A stretch of DNA of 64,000 nucleotides from contig CBFFRP010000284.1 of the NCBI GenBank assembly GCA_965644295.1, positions 124,001 to 188,000 of the forward strand, given 5' to 3'. Positions 50,429 to 63,216 of the stretch are shown piece by piece. The stretch is from Paraphysomonas bandaiensis (Eukaryota > Protista > Chrysophyceae). The notes under the pieces are model-generated. The model had not been told where the DNA came from, did not search any database, and saw nothing but the letters and a program-made list of their open reading frames with translations. The translations under genes were made by a program, and so were the position numbers. Position 1 is the first letter of the stretch; every line of letters begins with the position of its first letter.

Positions 50429-51975
50429 TTACTTCTTCGCACCGGAGTGTAAAGCCACCGCATACAAAGGCGGAACAGTAATGGACGCAGAGCCGTCACT
50501 CTGAACAACAACCGTGGTAGCACAGGTGGCGACATCATCGTTATCCAACGAAGCAACAACATCACAGTACTCGCCAGAAGATAGGCCAGTATTAAGAGTT
50601 ACAGTCCACTCCGAGGAGCCTCGGTTCATTGCTATGAAAGCCTCTCCTCGTGAGAATGCAATCTGATTACCGGAACCCGATTGCCAGTTTGAAACGGGTG
50701 CATCACCAGCCACTCCCCTCCATTTTACCATGTTTGCTACGCCCGCTTCTCGGTGTTCGCATACCCAGTTCACCCCATCAGCGCAGTACTTTCCTCCTTC
50801 TACTCCAACACCAGGTGGACCAGCATCGGTATCGGTGAAATAGTAGGACGACATTACCCGCACATCACCATAGGGCCAGGCCAGCATAAACATGTTGGCG
50901 AAAGTGTAAAGTGCACCATTCTTGTAGGTGAGCTGTGCGCGGCCGTTGCGTTGAGTGTCATGGTTGTCCTATTCGCAAATAAATTATAACCTGAGTATAA
51001 CAGGAGTAGCAGATCTTACCAGGAACGCACAGGCTTTATCTGAAGGCATCAAACCCCAAGATTCACCAAAACTCTGCAAATTAGTCATACTGTTCTCCGG
51101 AATAATATTTCCGTCGAGGTAATCTGCGTAATAAAACTCCGTCACGTGGCCAATGTCAAAATACTCCGAAGGCTGTACTGCTTCTCCATCACTTCCAATC
51201 ACCTGTCACCAATTCCGTTAACTTAATACACAGTAGGTTATTATAATCCACCTCTTGATTAATGTACAACGACCCAGGGAGGCGCTTCGTGATCCCTGAC
51301 ATCTCACCCGCATCTTGATGCTTGGCTGCGTCGATCCGTATTCCGACCACGCCATGATCAACCATCTAAAAAAGAAGCGAAATTGATGGACGTTGCACAA
51401 TCAGGCATACTTATTACCCCGTTAATATATCCTGCAATCTGCTGTTGCACATAATCACTTGATGTTGCCAAGTCAGGAAGACCCACAAGGTCACAGTACT
51501 GCACATTGTACTTGTCCGAGTAATCGTTCACTTGGCAATTGTGCTGTGTATTGTCCCAATCGTGATGAAAATCATTTGGAGAGTAATACGGGTACTGTCT
51601 GTTGCCGAATGAGGATCCGGCAATTCCAGTTCCAGACCCGGCTGCCATATGATTGATTACAGCATCAGCAATAACTCCAACACCAGCAGTCGCACATCTG
51701 CTGACCATATCAACAAACTCCGTCTCATTACCAGACCTGCTCTGTAATGCATATGTGACAGGCTGATAGCGTGTCCACCACTCAGATCCCTGTATGTGTT
51801 CCATTGGAGGACTTATCTGTACAGTCTTATATCCTTTAGGGCCCAAGAATCCCTCGCACTCATCGGCGATATCCCGCCATGACCATTCAAATAACTGAAC
51901 AGTTGGATCGATATTAGAGGAGAGAGTGTAGGGAAGGGAAAGGAGAGAGGCTGTGATGGTTGTTGAGAGTTTCAT
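50429..51975 (-). CDS. Secreted animal-type alpha-amylase (GH13), 4 exons
   Basis: Signal peptide; VQLFEW, VQISPP, WWTRYQP, DAVINH, LVGLPDL, RIDAAKH, NQEV, DNHDTQR, RVMSSY and WVCEHR motifs. Confidence 0.92.
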
Positions 51976-52608
51976 GGTGATGAGAGGGGTGTTGTTATGT
52001 CTATGAAGTGTGTATATATACAGACACTGCAGTGATGTAATTGCTTGTATGAGCTTATGTATGGAGATCTACGTATACAGTACCATGTGCGTGGATCCTC
52101 AGCAGATCGTACACTGTATGTATGGTATAGTAGCGTAGAATTCCTGTATGTCCATGCAATTACATCATACGCATCACATTCCTCATAGAATATGATACGA
52201 TTTTTTTTTGGGATTCGTACAATAAAAAATACTGAATCTGCGGATTATTGGTGGTGTGTGGGATTTTAAAGGTTGTTTATGGGGGATTTTAAGGAGAATT
52301 GGTGGATTTTTGTTGGAGTTGTTTGTTTCCACTCTCCATGTCAATGCCATATACAGTAATACAGAGTATATTATATACATACATATACATAGGTAAACTT
52401 GGGACTGTGTATACCATCACGGTATACAGTTTACAATATGCAGTGTACACTGGCATATATGTAGATGTACAGTGCTGTGAGGAAGTGTGTGAAGTGTACT
52501 TTATGTACAATCGGAATTTCCTACTCAAGGTGTCATATAGAGCTCTCCATACAGCAGTACTGTGTATCTATCTACCATACCCAGCCCAACCCCTATACGT
52601 ATACACAC

Positions 52609-53782
52609 ATGTCCAACACACTGATCCTGTCACTACTATCACTCCACATACATCACGCTCATACCATTCATAGCCCTATAAGAGCAGGGAACTACAGTGA
52701 ACTGGTCCATGCAATAGACAATCAGGTCTTCTTAGTCCCTCTATCAGACTCCATCATAAGTCATCACATTAAAACATTCGGACATTATGAGAAGCCAGCA
52801 AGAGACACTGTCATGCAGTTCATTGCTCCAGGCAGTGTCATAGTGGACGTAGGTGCGAATATCGGGTCATGGACTGTTCCTATGGCCATATATATGGGCA
52901 AACAGGGTCGTGTGTATGCATTTGAAGTACAACCCGAAACATTCTTATATTTAAATAGTAATCTAGCTCTGAATGGCTTGTCTAACGTATTTCCAATTGA
53001 AATGGGAGTTGGAAACGAAGTTGGTTCAGCTCGAATCTATTCTGTTGTGTTATTTCACGAACCAAACACAACACGAAATGCGGGAGGATTCAGTTTTTTC
53101 TTTCCTCCGCCTAAATCTAACTGGCCTCTTTATGACGTATCAACGATTACGTTAGATGCAATGATGCAACGCAATATGCCATGTCCAGACTTCATTAAAA
53201 TGGATGTCGAAATGTATGAGTTATATGTGCTGCAAGGGTCGGTTCAAGTACTTGAGACATGTCAACCAGTTCTGTACCTGGAATTGGGTTGCCGTCATTT
53301 TGTGAAATCTATAGTGACAATGTTAAACTACTATGGATACTCGATGGCATACATAGCTCCCTTACCTAGTGACGCAGATGCTAGCCATTTAGAGTTTGTT
53401 TTAGAAGATATTCCTATTAACTTGTTGTTGAAAGCCAATACACATCCAAATCTATTAGCCATGCCTTCATATCGTGCACATGAGCTCTACCACGAAGATG
53501 GGAGTAGGCTACAAAATATATATCCTTTGGATTATGAAAGTGGAAAACTCTTGGCAGAGGAATACAACATACAGTAAGTTACTGATACAGTTTTTACGAA
53601 TTTGTAATTAGAATATCTGATGTGAATATTGCAGATACTGCTCCATGGATAGAAAAGTGTGTGAATTGTACACACAAACCGGTGAAGTTAGTGATGATAA
53701 TGTTTATACCTGCGTTGATGGGCAAGTAGAAATACCACTGCAAGATGTAGAGTATTGGAAAACATTTATTACGACACAGTAA
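52609..53782 (+). CDS. FkbM-family methyltransferase with an N-terminal signal/anchor
   Basis: IVDVGANIGSWT, VYAFEVQP and PDFIKMDVEMYE motifs. The last exon is inferred. Confidence 0.85.
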
Positions 53783-54631
53783 TGTCCGTTGATTGTATGC
53801 AGTATGTGTCGTGTGCTCATCCCATATTTGTCCAAGAAAAGTAGAAGATATCCACAAACAACGATATCTTTATAGGCGTTAGTATTTTTTCTTTTTCTAA
53901 AATCTATTGCTCGCGAAGGTGGCGCTTGTTGTTCAAGGCGGTGTATACTTCGGAGCAGACTGGTGTAACAATTAATTGGTGAGAAGTATCCAACTATAAA
54001 AATTGCAATTATTTACTACATATCCAATTATTGATATTGCAGTTAGTTATCAATTAATTGCCTTCAATGCTATTGCTTTTCCGAATAGCTTTCTGAACTA
54101 CAGTCTCATCCCAAAGATGCCAAGCAGAAACGTCTACATTTCAAGGTGTCTAGGTGTTATATGTTTGCAGAAATCACTCATATGTAGAACAAACCGGGTA
54201 AATTTTTGAAAAAGTTGATTGAGTTTAGTTTACAATTTATGATGCATTTTGCAAAAACTAATTCTGTAAGTGTGAAGAGAATATGCTTTTAAAGACATTT
54301 AAAATTTAGTTACAGATCAAAAATGTTAGAATGCAACGGTTAGGTTGACGAACACATATATACATCTACATTCAGTAACAGTTACATTTTTATTAAACAT
54401 AAGTATAGTACAATCGATAAGATATAATATATTCTATGCGTACAAATAATGGGTTTTTACGTTTTTACCTACTATCCAGCGTAAGATACTATATAATATA
54501 GATAAATAACAATTAATAGGTATCACATAAAGAAGTTTAACAATAATAATTAGCAATAATAATTTCAATCGTCATTTTTAATTAAATTAACTGTTGGCAA
54601 TTCAATAAATTATTATGTAGGCGTGTATATT

Positions 54632-55058
54632 CATTAAACTAAGTCGAACTGGCACCATTTAGTGGTGTTATGGAGTTATGAAGGATAAGTACCAAAGAAA
54701 CTACCGTGGGCCGCATATACAGCCAGAAAATAATTTCTGCCTACTCATAGCCCAATGTTTGTGTAGACATATTTGAGCCCTGACGAATAAACACGTATCC
54801 TGTAATGGGCCCACCTCAAGGGAATCCGGGGTATTGGGCTGCCTGCTGAGGTCAAGCATCCAGGATGTTCATCTTAAGGACTCAAAAATCCTGAAGTCAG
54901 CAGATGTCATGTATATCAATATTCTTCTTTCTCACTGCGTTTGCTCTGAGTTTGAGTGATAGAGCGGAGGTGGTTGCACCCTTGGTGCTTGCGGTGACGC
55001 ACAATTACCTTTTGTAGCGTTAAATAGTACGATATCAAGGTTAAGCACTAGTTTGTTA
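54632..55058 (+). mobile_element. Ingi-like short retroposon, copy 5 (diverged 5' end, 3' end missing)
   Basis: AAGTCG-ACT-GCACC-TTT-GTGGTGTT...GGATAAGTACC...GAAACTA-CGTG-GCCG, then a body colinear with the other copies. Confidence 0.85.
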
Positions 55059-55295
55059 AAAATGGCAATGCTAAATTAGTTCTAACTCTTCGACGCTTTC
55101 GACATACATTGTATAGACTTTACTAAAACTAATTCAACTTACAATAACTGAATTAATAAATAGTAACAATAAGTTTACAACATCGTCTATATTCGTCACT
55201 AAAAACAATCATGTCAAACCATACATATTCTCTAAATCTTTGAAGGGATACCGTTCTCAGTTATGATCAGGTCCTCTTTTCCATTGACGTATATA

Positions 55296-55812
55296 TATAT
55301 GAAAGTTTTATTAGTAGTAGTAAGAGGCGTTAAGAATCTCCACCAGTTTAGTAGCAAGATGAATACTAGTCAATAAGCTATCTACCTGAAACTAACTAGT
55401 GCTTAACCTTGATATCTTACTATTTAACGCTACGAAAGGTTATTGTGCAACCACCTCCGCTCTATCACTCAAACTCAGAGCAAACGCAGTGAGAATGCAT
55501 CTGCTGACTTCAGGATTTTTGAGTCCTTAAGATGAACATCCTGAATGCTTGACTTCAGCAGGCAGCCCAATACCCCGGATTCCCTTGAGGTGGGCCCATT
55601 AAAGGATACGTGTTTATTCGTCAGGGCTCAAAGACGTCTACAGACAGTACTTATTGTTGTTTCTTATACCACACAAGCATTCGGCTATGAGTGGGCAGAA
55701 CAATATCTGCTGTCTATGTTTTCGGCTCACGTTAGTTTTCCGGAGAAATATCTCCGGTACTTATCCCCCACCAGAACACCATGAAAAGGTGCGAGTCCGA
55801 CTTTCTTGAGGG
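55296..55812 (-). mobile_element. Ingi-like short retroposon, copy 6 (full length)
   Basis: TSD CATTGACGT(A/G)TATA (55282-55295 / 55813-55826), (AT)n tail, 5' CCCTCAAG and a perfect P4 hairpin CCGGAGA/TCTCCGG. Confidence 0.9.
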
Positions 55813-56410
55813 CATTGACGTGTATACGGTTACTGTATACAATCACTTTCAGTTATACTAAATATTTGTTAGTTAACTGTGATCTCACATAATACATAAT
55901 GTCATACATTGATATGCGATATATACTTATTGTACTGTATTATGTATTTTGCACTGCAAATAGTACCATCATTTACATTCATTTCTTAACGGCTACTTAA
56001 ATGTGCAATTCATAAACGTCATAAACTACATATTAGATAAACTGTGTAGCATCATCATCATCAATAATAATTGCATTCATCATTTTGTAAACTGTTACCC
56101 ATTACGTAAGCCTGTCGGATGGATGTTCACTTCTTGGGTGTGATGGATGGTAGTAGCAGAGGTTGAATCGAAAATCTAATATCGACAATATTCCCCTTCC
56201 AGTGTAACATCAACACTGTCGCTTTGATAGCAGCGTACGGATTACTTCATACGTACTATCGTACGATTATATATATTTATCATATAAGCCGTTTGAATAG
56301 CAATATAACCATTTGAAAAGCCATTTCCTAGCTAAACTATACAACTATGACAAAGATCGATCTTACATGTAACATGTAATGCTGTACATCTGTTTAAAAA
56401 TCCGATGCTA

Positions 56411-58429
56411 TCAATGCATTGCTTCACGTATAATATTAATGCATTCCATTCTATTCGTCGACTCGCTTCTCTTCGCGCGAACTACAAGGCTTCTGCCCTT
56501 GTCATCCGTACAATTCACGTCTGCTCCACTCTGTACTAAAAACTTTACACTCTCTATCTCGCCGTCGTCAACAGCACAGATAAGGGCCGTAGTGCCGTCC
56601 TTTGCCTGCACATTAACTGACGCCCCACATTTCACTAAATATTCCAAGCAGTCTCGCGAGGAATACGCAAACATAAGTGCAGTCCGACCCTCCTGGTCCT
56701 CCGAATTGACATCGCACCCCAGCTCTAATGCGTACTGTATACAGTCCATACGGCCTGACAGCACTGCCCCTGCAACTGCTGACATTAGCAGAGTACCACC
56801 CTCCTCAGACCTATGGGACGCATTGCACCCTGCAGACACAAGAACTTGCATCAGAGTAAGGTTGCCACTCTCCGCAGCCAACATCAATGCGTTTTGTCCT
56901 GAGTAATTCTCAGTCTGAACATCCCATCCCAATCGTAATAAAAGATCTACACCATCTTTTCTTCCTGCATTCACCGCACACAGTAGGGCGTTACAACCCT
57001 CCCGATTCACATCTGTCTGGCCATATTCACCACTAGCTATCAAGATATTCGCACATTCCAGGTGATCGTTTATCACCGCTAGGGATAGTGCATTGTTGCC
57101 GTACTTGTCAGTTTCACTTGACTTTAGGGAGCGCCCTCCCTCCTCTACCATGCGTAGCACAGTCGCATACCCGCATGCAGCACTGGCAGCAACTACCATT
57201 TCAAATGAAGAATCAGGGAGGTCATCTAGCGCAGAGCTATCTCCACAAGCCGCAGCTTGAACTGACGGACTCTCCGCAAATACAGACGATCCATTTACAA
57301 CTGCACGAACCAACTCTCCAGATGTTTCATAATCTCCGCAAAGGGTTTGAAGGTCACTTAGAAGAAACTTTCTGTCATCTTCACTAGAGCACTCGGCAGT
57401 TGCCACATCCATATCTTCAAGTAAATCTAACAACATACTTTTGTCTGATATCAGTCTCACAGTTTTCCTTACGATACCCTGGTAGAGCTCATAGGTTCCG
57501 CACTTTACAATAACAGCCACTCCAGGGTGAGTACGAGCAACCACTAGTTCCGCTAGACACCAGAGTCTGAGTAAGGCCACTTCTTTTCGTAATACGCTGG
57601 ATAGAGATAAAAATCTTTTGTCCACTGCAGAGCATACGTGAAGGAAAGAGCTACACTCCCTAATAGTGTCTGCATAGTCGAGATCAAAATCACCTGGCCA
57701 TTGCCTTACGGCAAAAATGTCTATCCAAACTCTTCTAGTCGGATCTGCTGTGTCAAATACTGCTGCCACAAGATCCCCAAACCGCCCTGCCCATGAGTGT
57801 GAAACGTAGGTAGCGGCTCGACCAACCACTCCACGAGATTGCATGGACTCCAGCTCTACATAGCGACACCGACGACTCTGTGTTGCAGGTAGTACATACT
57901 CCCGACATACCATCCATGTTGGCATATCCCAAATACCATTGGACTCTGCGAACTCAAAGAGCCACCAAATGCTTACACCCCTCTCAACAGAACGCAGTTT
58001 CGCTGCTTCAGTCGGCTGAGTTTCATTTATTACTTGACGCTCACGGGATATTCTTTGCTCATCACATATAACTTCTTTACAATCAATACAATAAAATGAA
58101 TCTGATTTATATCTGATATAACTATGCGGACATTCACGTATATAACTCTGCATAAAATAATCAATCAGTTGTCTCTGTTTGGTTGAGTCAATCACTCCAT
58201 GAGCTGTGAGGACACTTCTATTGAACTCCTCACTGTTATATTCGTATAGTTTCTTGAGTGTTATTCTATCGATTCCTTTTGATAGAAGACTGTGTATATG
58301 ACTGTATAGATGAGTGTGTGGATGAGAGTCGCTGTTGCAACTGTTATCTCTACTAAGAGTATCGATCTCATTGAGGAGTTTATCTGAGGAGAACTCCTCA
58401 TGATTGAATAGAGATGCTCCGATCCCCAT
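56411..58429 (-). CDS. N-myristoylated HET-like (TIR-related) domain plus ankyrin-repeat protein
   Basis: MGIGAS start; YVSHSW...VWIDIFAVRQW...RLWCLAEL; about 6 ankyrin repeats (GNNALSLA, GQNALMLA, GRTALMFA, GTTALICA). Confidence 0.8.
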   Translation of the reverse strand: MGIGASLFNHEEFSSDKLLNEIDTLSRDNSCNSDSHPHTHLYSHIHSLLSKGIDRITLKKLYEYNSEEFNRSVLTAHGVIDSTKQRQLIDYFMQSYIRECPHSYIRYKSDSFYCIDCKEVICDEQRISRERQVINETQPTEAAKLRSVERGVSIWWLFEFAESNGIWDMPTWMVCREYVLPATQSRRCRYVELESMQSRGVVGRAATYVSHSWAGRFGDLVAAVFDTADPTRRVWIDIFAVRQWPGDFDLDYADTIRECSSFLHVCSAVDKRFLSLSSVLRKEVALLRLWCLAELVVARTHPGVAVIVKCGTYELYQGIVRKTVRLISDKSMLLDLLEDMDVATAECSSEDDRKFLLSDLQTLCGDYETSGELVRAVVNGSSVFAESPSVQAAACGDSSALDDLPDSSFEMVVAASAACGYATVLRMVEEGGRSLKSSETDKYGNNALSLAVINDHLECANILIASGEYGQTDVNREGCNALLCAVNAGRKDGVDLLLRLGWDVQTENYSGQNALMLAAESGNLTLMQVLVSAGCNASHRSEEGGTLLMSAVAGAVLSGRMDCIQYALELGCDVNSEDQEGRTALMFAYSSRDCLEYLVKCGASVNVQAKDGTTALICAVDDGEIESVKFLVQSGADVNCTDDKGRSLVVRAKRSESTNRMECINIIREAMH

Positions 58430-58928
58430 GAGATCGATGTATCTGCAGGTGTATGTTTCCAGGTTTCATATACTGCAATGATAGCAATGCAGGTGCTGTA
58501 CATAGCAGTTGAGATGTACTGCAGTACAGAACAGCGTACATATATATGCGCCCGTTATGACCATATGAACGATGTGCGCCCCTCGTACTTGACAACAGTG
58601 TACATGTGTACTCTGTAGACGTAGAAAGTGGGGTCGTGTAGTACATTTCCGACTTTTTGTCTTCAAAACAGAATTTCCGGCTTTTAAGGTCATAGAATGA
58701 TTAAAAAGTTAAAATACAGAGGAGCCAGTTCTTCATACGTACAGAAGATGTGTGTAAGATCCTGCTGTATATGGCATGTAGGTGTGTGTATACAGTAGGT
58801 ATATGTATGTAGGAGTATCTATCAGTGTGGTACACAGTCATACAGCTGAACCATACATACATACAAACAATACAATCTCCTCCACTCCCCTCTATCTATA
58901 CTCATATATCGACCTATCCAATCAACTC

Positions 58929-61814
58929 ATGTCTCATCCCCTCTCCTCCCCTCTCCTCCTCTGTCTGTATCTCTCTCTCTGCATACAGATATCAGCTTAT
59001 AACTATGAGCCTCATAGCGAACAGCCTCTTCGACTATGTGACTGTCATACTACATGTAAAGGACCCATGCTAGTATACTACTGCGGCACAGATGAAGAGG
59101 ATCGATGGAGCAATCCGTGTCAGGAGCAGCAGTATGAGAGCCTTCCATTCTGTGATGAATCCTTACAGGAGCCGATACGCGTACAGGATATTATTAATCG
59201 ACTGTCTGATGATGAAAAACTTGGGACAAACGGTACGTTTATATGGTACCATATCATACGTATCGTATCACGCCATATTTTGTATTCACGACTAATGGTT
59301 GGGCTCATCCATTGCAGGAACATCAACTCCACTATCGAACTATGCAACTGGTCTTCCTTCTGTAGGAATGCGATACGTACAGTGGTGGAATGAGGCACTG
59401 CATGGAGTCGCTATATCTCCAGGGGTGCTATTCGATAAGACTGCGCCATTTGCTACTTCTTTTCCTCAGATAATATCTACAAGCCACAGTTTTAATCGCA
59501 CTCTCTTTGCTGCTATTGGTGCTGCTATCGCCACTGAGATCCGAGCTTTCGCTAATATTGGCCATGCGGGACTCACATACTGGACTCCAAATCTCAGTGC
59601 GTGACGATATTGACAATTGGTAATACGTCTAACACTATGCTTGTAGATATATTTCGAGACCCTAGGTGGGGCAGAGGGCAGGTATCTGTACCGTATCTCC
59701 TGAGTGAGCGTAGTATTATACTTGCCTTTCATTCTGCAGGAAACTCCAGGGGAGGATCCTTACCTCACAAGTGAGTATGTGGCTGCTTATGTGCCCGGAC
59801 TTCAGCACGATCCCGTCCGAGACCCACAGTTTTCTACTCTCAAGGTAGGTACTATTGTGACTGTACAGATATACTAATTCTCTTTACCAGGTATCTGCTT
59901 GTTGCAAGCATTATGCCGCATACTCGTTAGAAAACTATCAAGGTATGGACAGGCATCACTTCGACGCTGTTGTCACCGAGCAAGACATGGCGGATACGTA
60001 TTTGCCTGCCTTCAAGGCATGTGCGTCTCCTGAGCAAGGGGGGGCTTCGTGTATCATGTGTTCATACAATTCTATCAATGGCGTGCCATCATGTGCTAAT
60101 CAACCACTTCTCCAACGCGCTAGATTGGACTGGTAGGTTTAAGTGGGGTATGTTTTCGCCTCTGATATGATGGATTAGGGGGTTTCAAGGCTATATCACC
60201 AGTGACTGCGGAGCTGTGGAAGATATTTACTCAAATCATGAGTACTCTTCTTCTCCTGAGGCTGCAGTAGGTGATTCGTTAAGGGCTGGTATGGACATGG
60301 AGTGCGGAAAATGGCTGAGTGGTTACCTAAAACAGGCTGTAGATAAAGGAGAAGTGTCGATGGATATGGTCACGGAGGCATTGCGGAACTTAGTAGCAGT
60401 ACTTATGAGGCTCGGAAGATTTAATAAAAACGGACCCTTTGACGACATTACCATGGATGCAGTTAACTCTGCGGAGAATCAAATGCTTGCTGCTGATGCA
60501 GCCAGACAGGTGTGTAACATTATACTTAAACTAAGACCAAGGTATGAATAATTTGTGTTAGTCCGTAGTCCTGTTAAAAAATGACCCGCCAATAGGATCT
60601 GACCGGAAGACTACCCTCCCACTCTCTCCCACGGGAATTACACTTGCTGTTGTAGGACCCAATGCTAATGCTACTCGAACTATGCAGGTGTTATATTACG
60701 TGGGTCCTCATTTACTTGTCTGATATGCCACCACAGGGAAACTATAACGGTCCCGCACCATACATCATCTCGCCTTTGGAGGGTCTATCGCGTGAGGGAG
60801 TTCGCACTGTGTATGCTAAGGGCTGCGAAGTTGATTCCATGAATACTGATGGCATTGCGCTCGCCGTTGAAGCTGTGGAGGAATCAGACGCAGTAGTTTT
60901 GGTGGTTGGGCTGAATCAGAGCCAGGAGAAGGAAGGACACGATAGGTCTCTGTTGGCTGAAACAGTTCTGTATTTTTTCTAATTTACTTGTAGAGAGAGT
61001 ATTGCACTTCCGGGAGTGCAACAAGATATGGTGGAGGCGGTATTGAGTGCTGCTGAAGTACAAGGAGTCCCTGTCGTTTTGGTAGTCATGAGTGGCGGAG
61101 CTGTATGCCTGGGATTATATCGTGATGACCCGAGAGTCGGGGCAATTTTATTTGTGGGGTACCCCGGACAAGCTGGGGGCCAGGGTATTGCTGATGTAGT
61201 GTATGGTGATTACAATCCAAGTGGCAGGCTTACACAGACCTTCTATCGTGGGTCATTCGTTGACGAGGTTTCTTTTCTTGACATGGGCATGAGGTTAGTT
61301 TTGCATATAAAGCTCTGTGTTGCTTATGTAGGTAAGTGATGCTGTTGTCTTGCGTAGGAGAACTGTGAACTCTTCTGGTGCTGTCGTTAATCCTGGGCGC
61401 GGGTACAGATTTTATGAGGGAAATAGTGTGGTGTATCCTTTTGGGCACGGTCTATCTTATACCTCATTTTACTACTCCTGGGTGATGGGGAGTGATATTA
61501 AACAGGTGCAATATGGACTCACTGACAAACTGACGGTTCAGTTGGAAGTTTCCGTAAACAATACTGGTGATATGGCCGGATCGGAGGTAGTGCTAGTATT
61601 CCTTGTACCACCATCGAATACAATGGATGGGGCACCAAAGAAAACTTTGAAATATTTTGATAAGATATATCTGGAGCCCGAGCAGCAGCTATCAATTAGC
61701 ATTACTTTGACTGATGAGGACTTCTCCCTGGCCGATACTAATGGTGATGTTGAAGTAGCCCATGGCTTGTGGACGGTCCAGGTTGGAGATCTCACCTCAA
61801 CTATTCTCATATAG
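58929..61814 (+). CDS. Secreted GH3 beta-xylosidase (BXL-like), about 11 exons
   Basis: [84 protein letters not shown] and an Fn3-like C-terminus. Confidence 0.92.
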
Positions 61815-62419
61815 CGTTTGTCGTCGTAGCGACAAATGATGTGGAATCTATGTTAAAATTACAACAACACCTACATACGTACTACTAGCTACTGCGTATT
61901 TATCGCTGATAGCTTCGTAGTCTGTACTTTTGTTGAGTAAAATTCCAATAATAGACAATTTCAACAGTTGGAGGAGTAAAATTCGCAAACAAATTGGAAA
62001 TATAGTATCTATGAATGTATAATATAGTGTTGGTGATTGCTGCTGTGCAGCAACCCCATTATCACAATTGCAATAATTTCCCCTTACAATATTCAGCAAG
62101 TGCCCTGTCTAACTAATAACTAACATAAAAGTAAATACCTTCTTTCGGTAATGTTGCCTCATATATTGCCTGATACTTCTTATGTTCTTAATAGATATCG
62201 CACTGTTTCTCGACAATACTATGAGTACTATTAGGTATACGCTATAATATCTGAAGAGTTGTATTGTTTACAGTTTACGATATACGATTGCAACAAACAA
62301 TTGGCTCTTCGCTTATTACTAATTACTATGGTATGATTTATATTAAGTTACCATGCAGAGTGAATGCACATTCAGGATTAAGACGACTATCATAACCCTG
62401 TAGGATTTCAGATAGCTGT

Positions 62420-62845
62420 GAATGTCTTATTCTTATTATTGTTTGCAATAGGCATCATGTAAAAGTCAGAACTAATTTCGCTTAGGAATTTAACTTACTA
62501 GTGATTAACTCTGAACTCTATTATTTTAGTATTTAACTCTCTACGTAAGCTGCTTGTGTGTCACCGCAAGCATCAAGATGCAACCACTTTCGCTTTATTT
62601 AGTATTCCATGCAAACGCATCTACTGATTTCAGGATTTTTGAGTCCTTTAAGGTAAACAGCCCTGATTCTTAACTTTAGCAGGTACCCCAATACCCCGGT
62701 TGCCCTTCAGGTGGGCCAAGTCGTCCCGGATACATGTTTATTCGTCAAGGCCCAAAGACGTCTTCACAAGTGGCACTTATATCGTACCACACAAGCATGA
62801 TCAGGCTATGAGTGGGACGAACGTTATCAGCTGACTATATATGGG
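62420..62845 (-). mobile_element. Ingi-like short retroposon, copy 7 (old, diverged, 5'-incomplete)
   Basis: Shares GCAATAGGC, AAGCTGCTTGTG-GTC-CCGCAAGCA, CCAATACCCCGGT, TTTATTCGTC and GGCTATGAGTGGG blocks. No clear TSD. Confidence 0.8.
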
Positions 62846-63216
62846 TTTCATGTTTCATATCATGCAGCTTTTTGATTGTATTAAGCAATACATCATTTAT
62901 GTTCATTGATCAAGTGAGGGTACCTCATACCTATGACAGTAATTACTGCTTACAGTAATTTTCAGAAACCAATTTAAATTAAAAGATATTACCAGTAGTA
63001 CGGGTGATTAAAATGACGTAGCACGTGAACAAAATAAAAACACGATCGGTAGAGATAACGAATAACTAGCCACAAGTCAGATATGTCTAATAAATAAAAA
63101 ACTTGTATCTTATAATTTACTCATACCAGTTAATATCACATATACATCTCAGGCTCAAGGGAAATCAGTAGGACGCCTAAGTAGCAGACCACCTTGTGCG
63201 CTCGTCTAAGTGAAGT

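Noticed and set aside
53956-54625. Possible second hAT/MITE bounded by degenerate TIRs
   Set aside because: The right TIR is very degenerate and no 8-bp TSD was found.
55545-55784. ORFs within retroposon copies (also 317..508 and 27156..27470)
   Set aside because: They are antisense to the element's polarity, frames and stops differ between copies, and no domain is recognisable.
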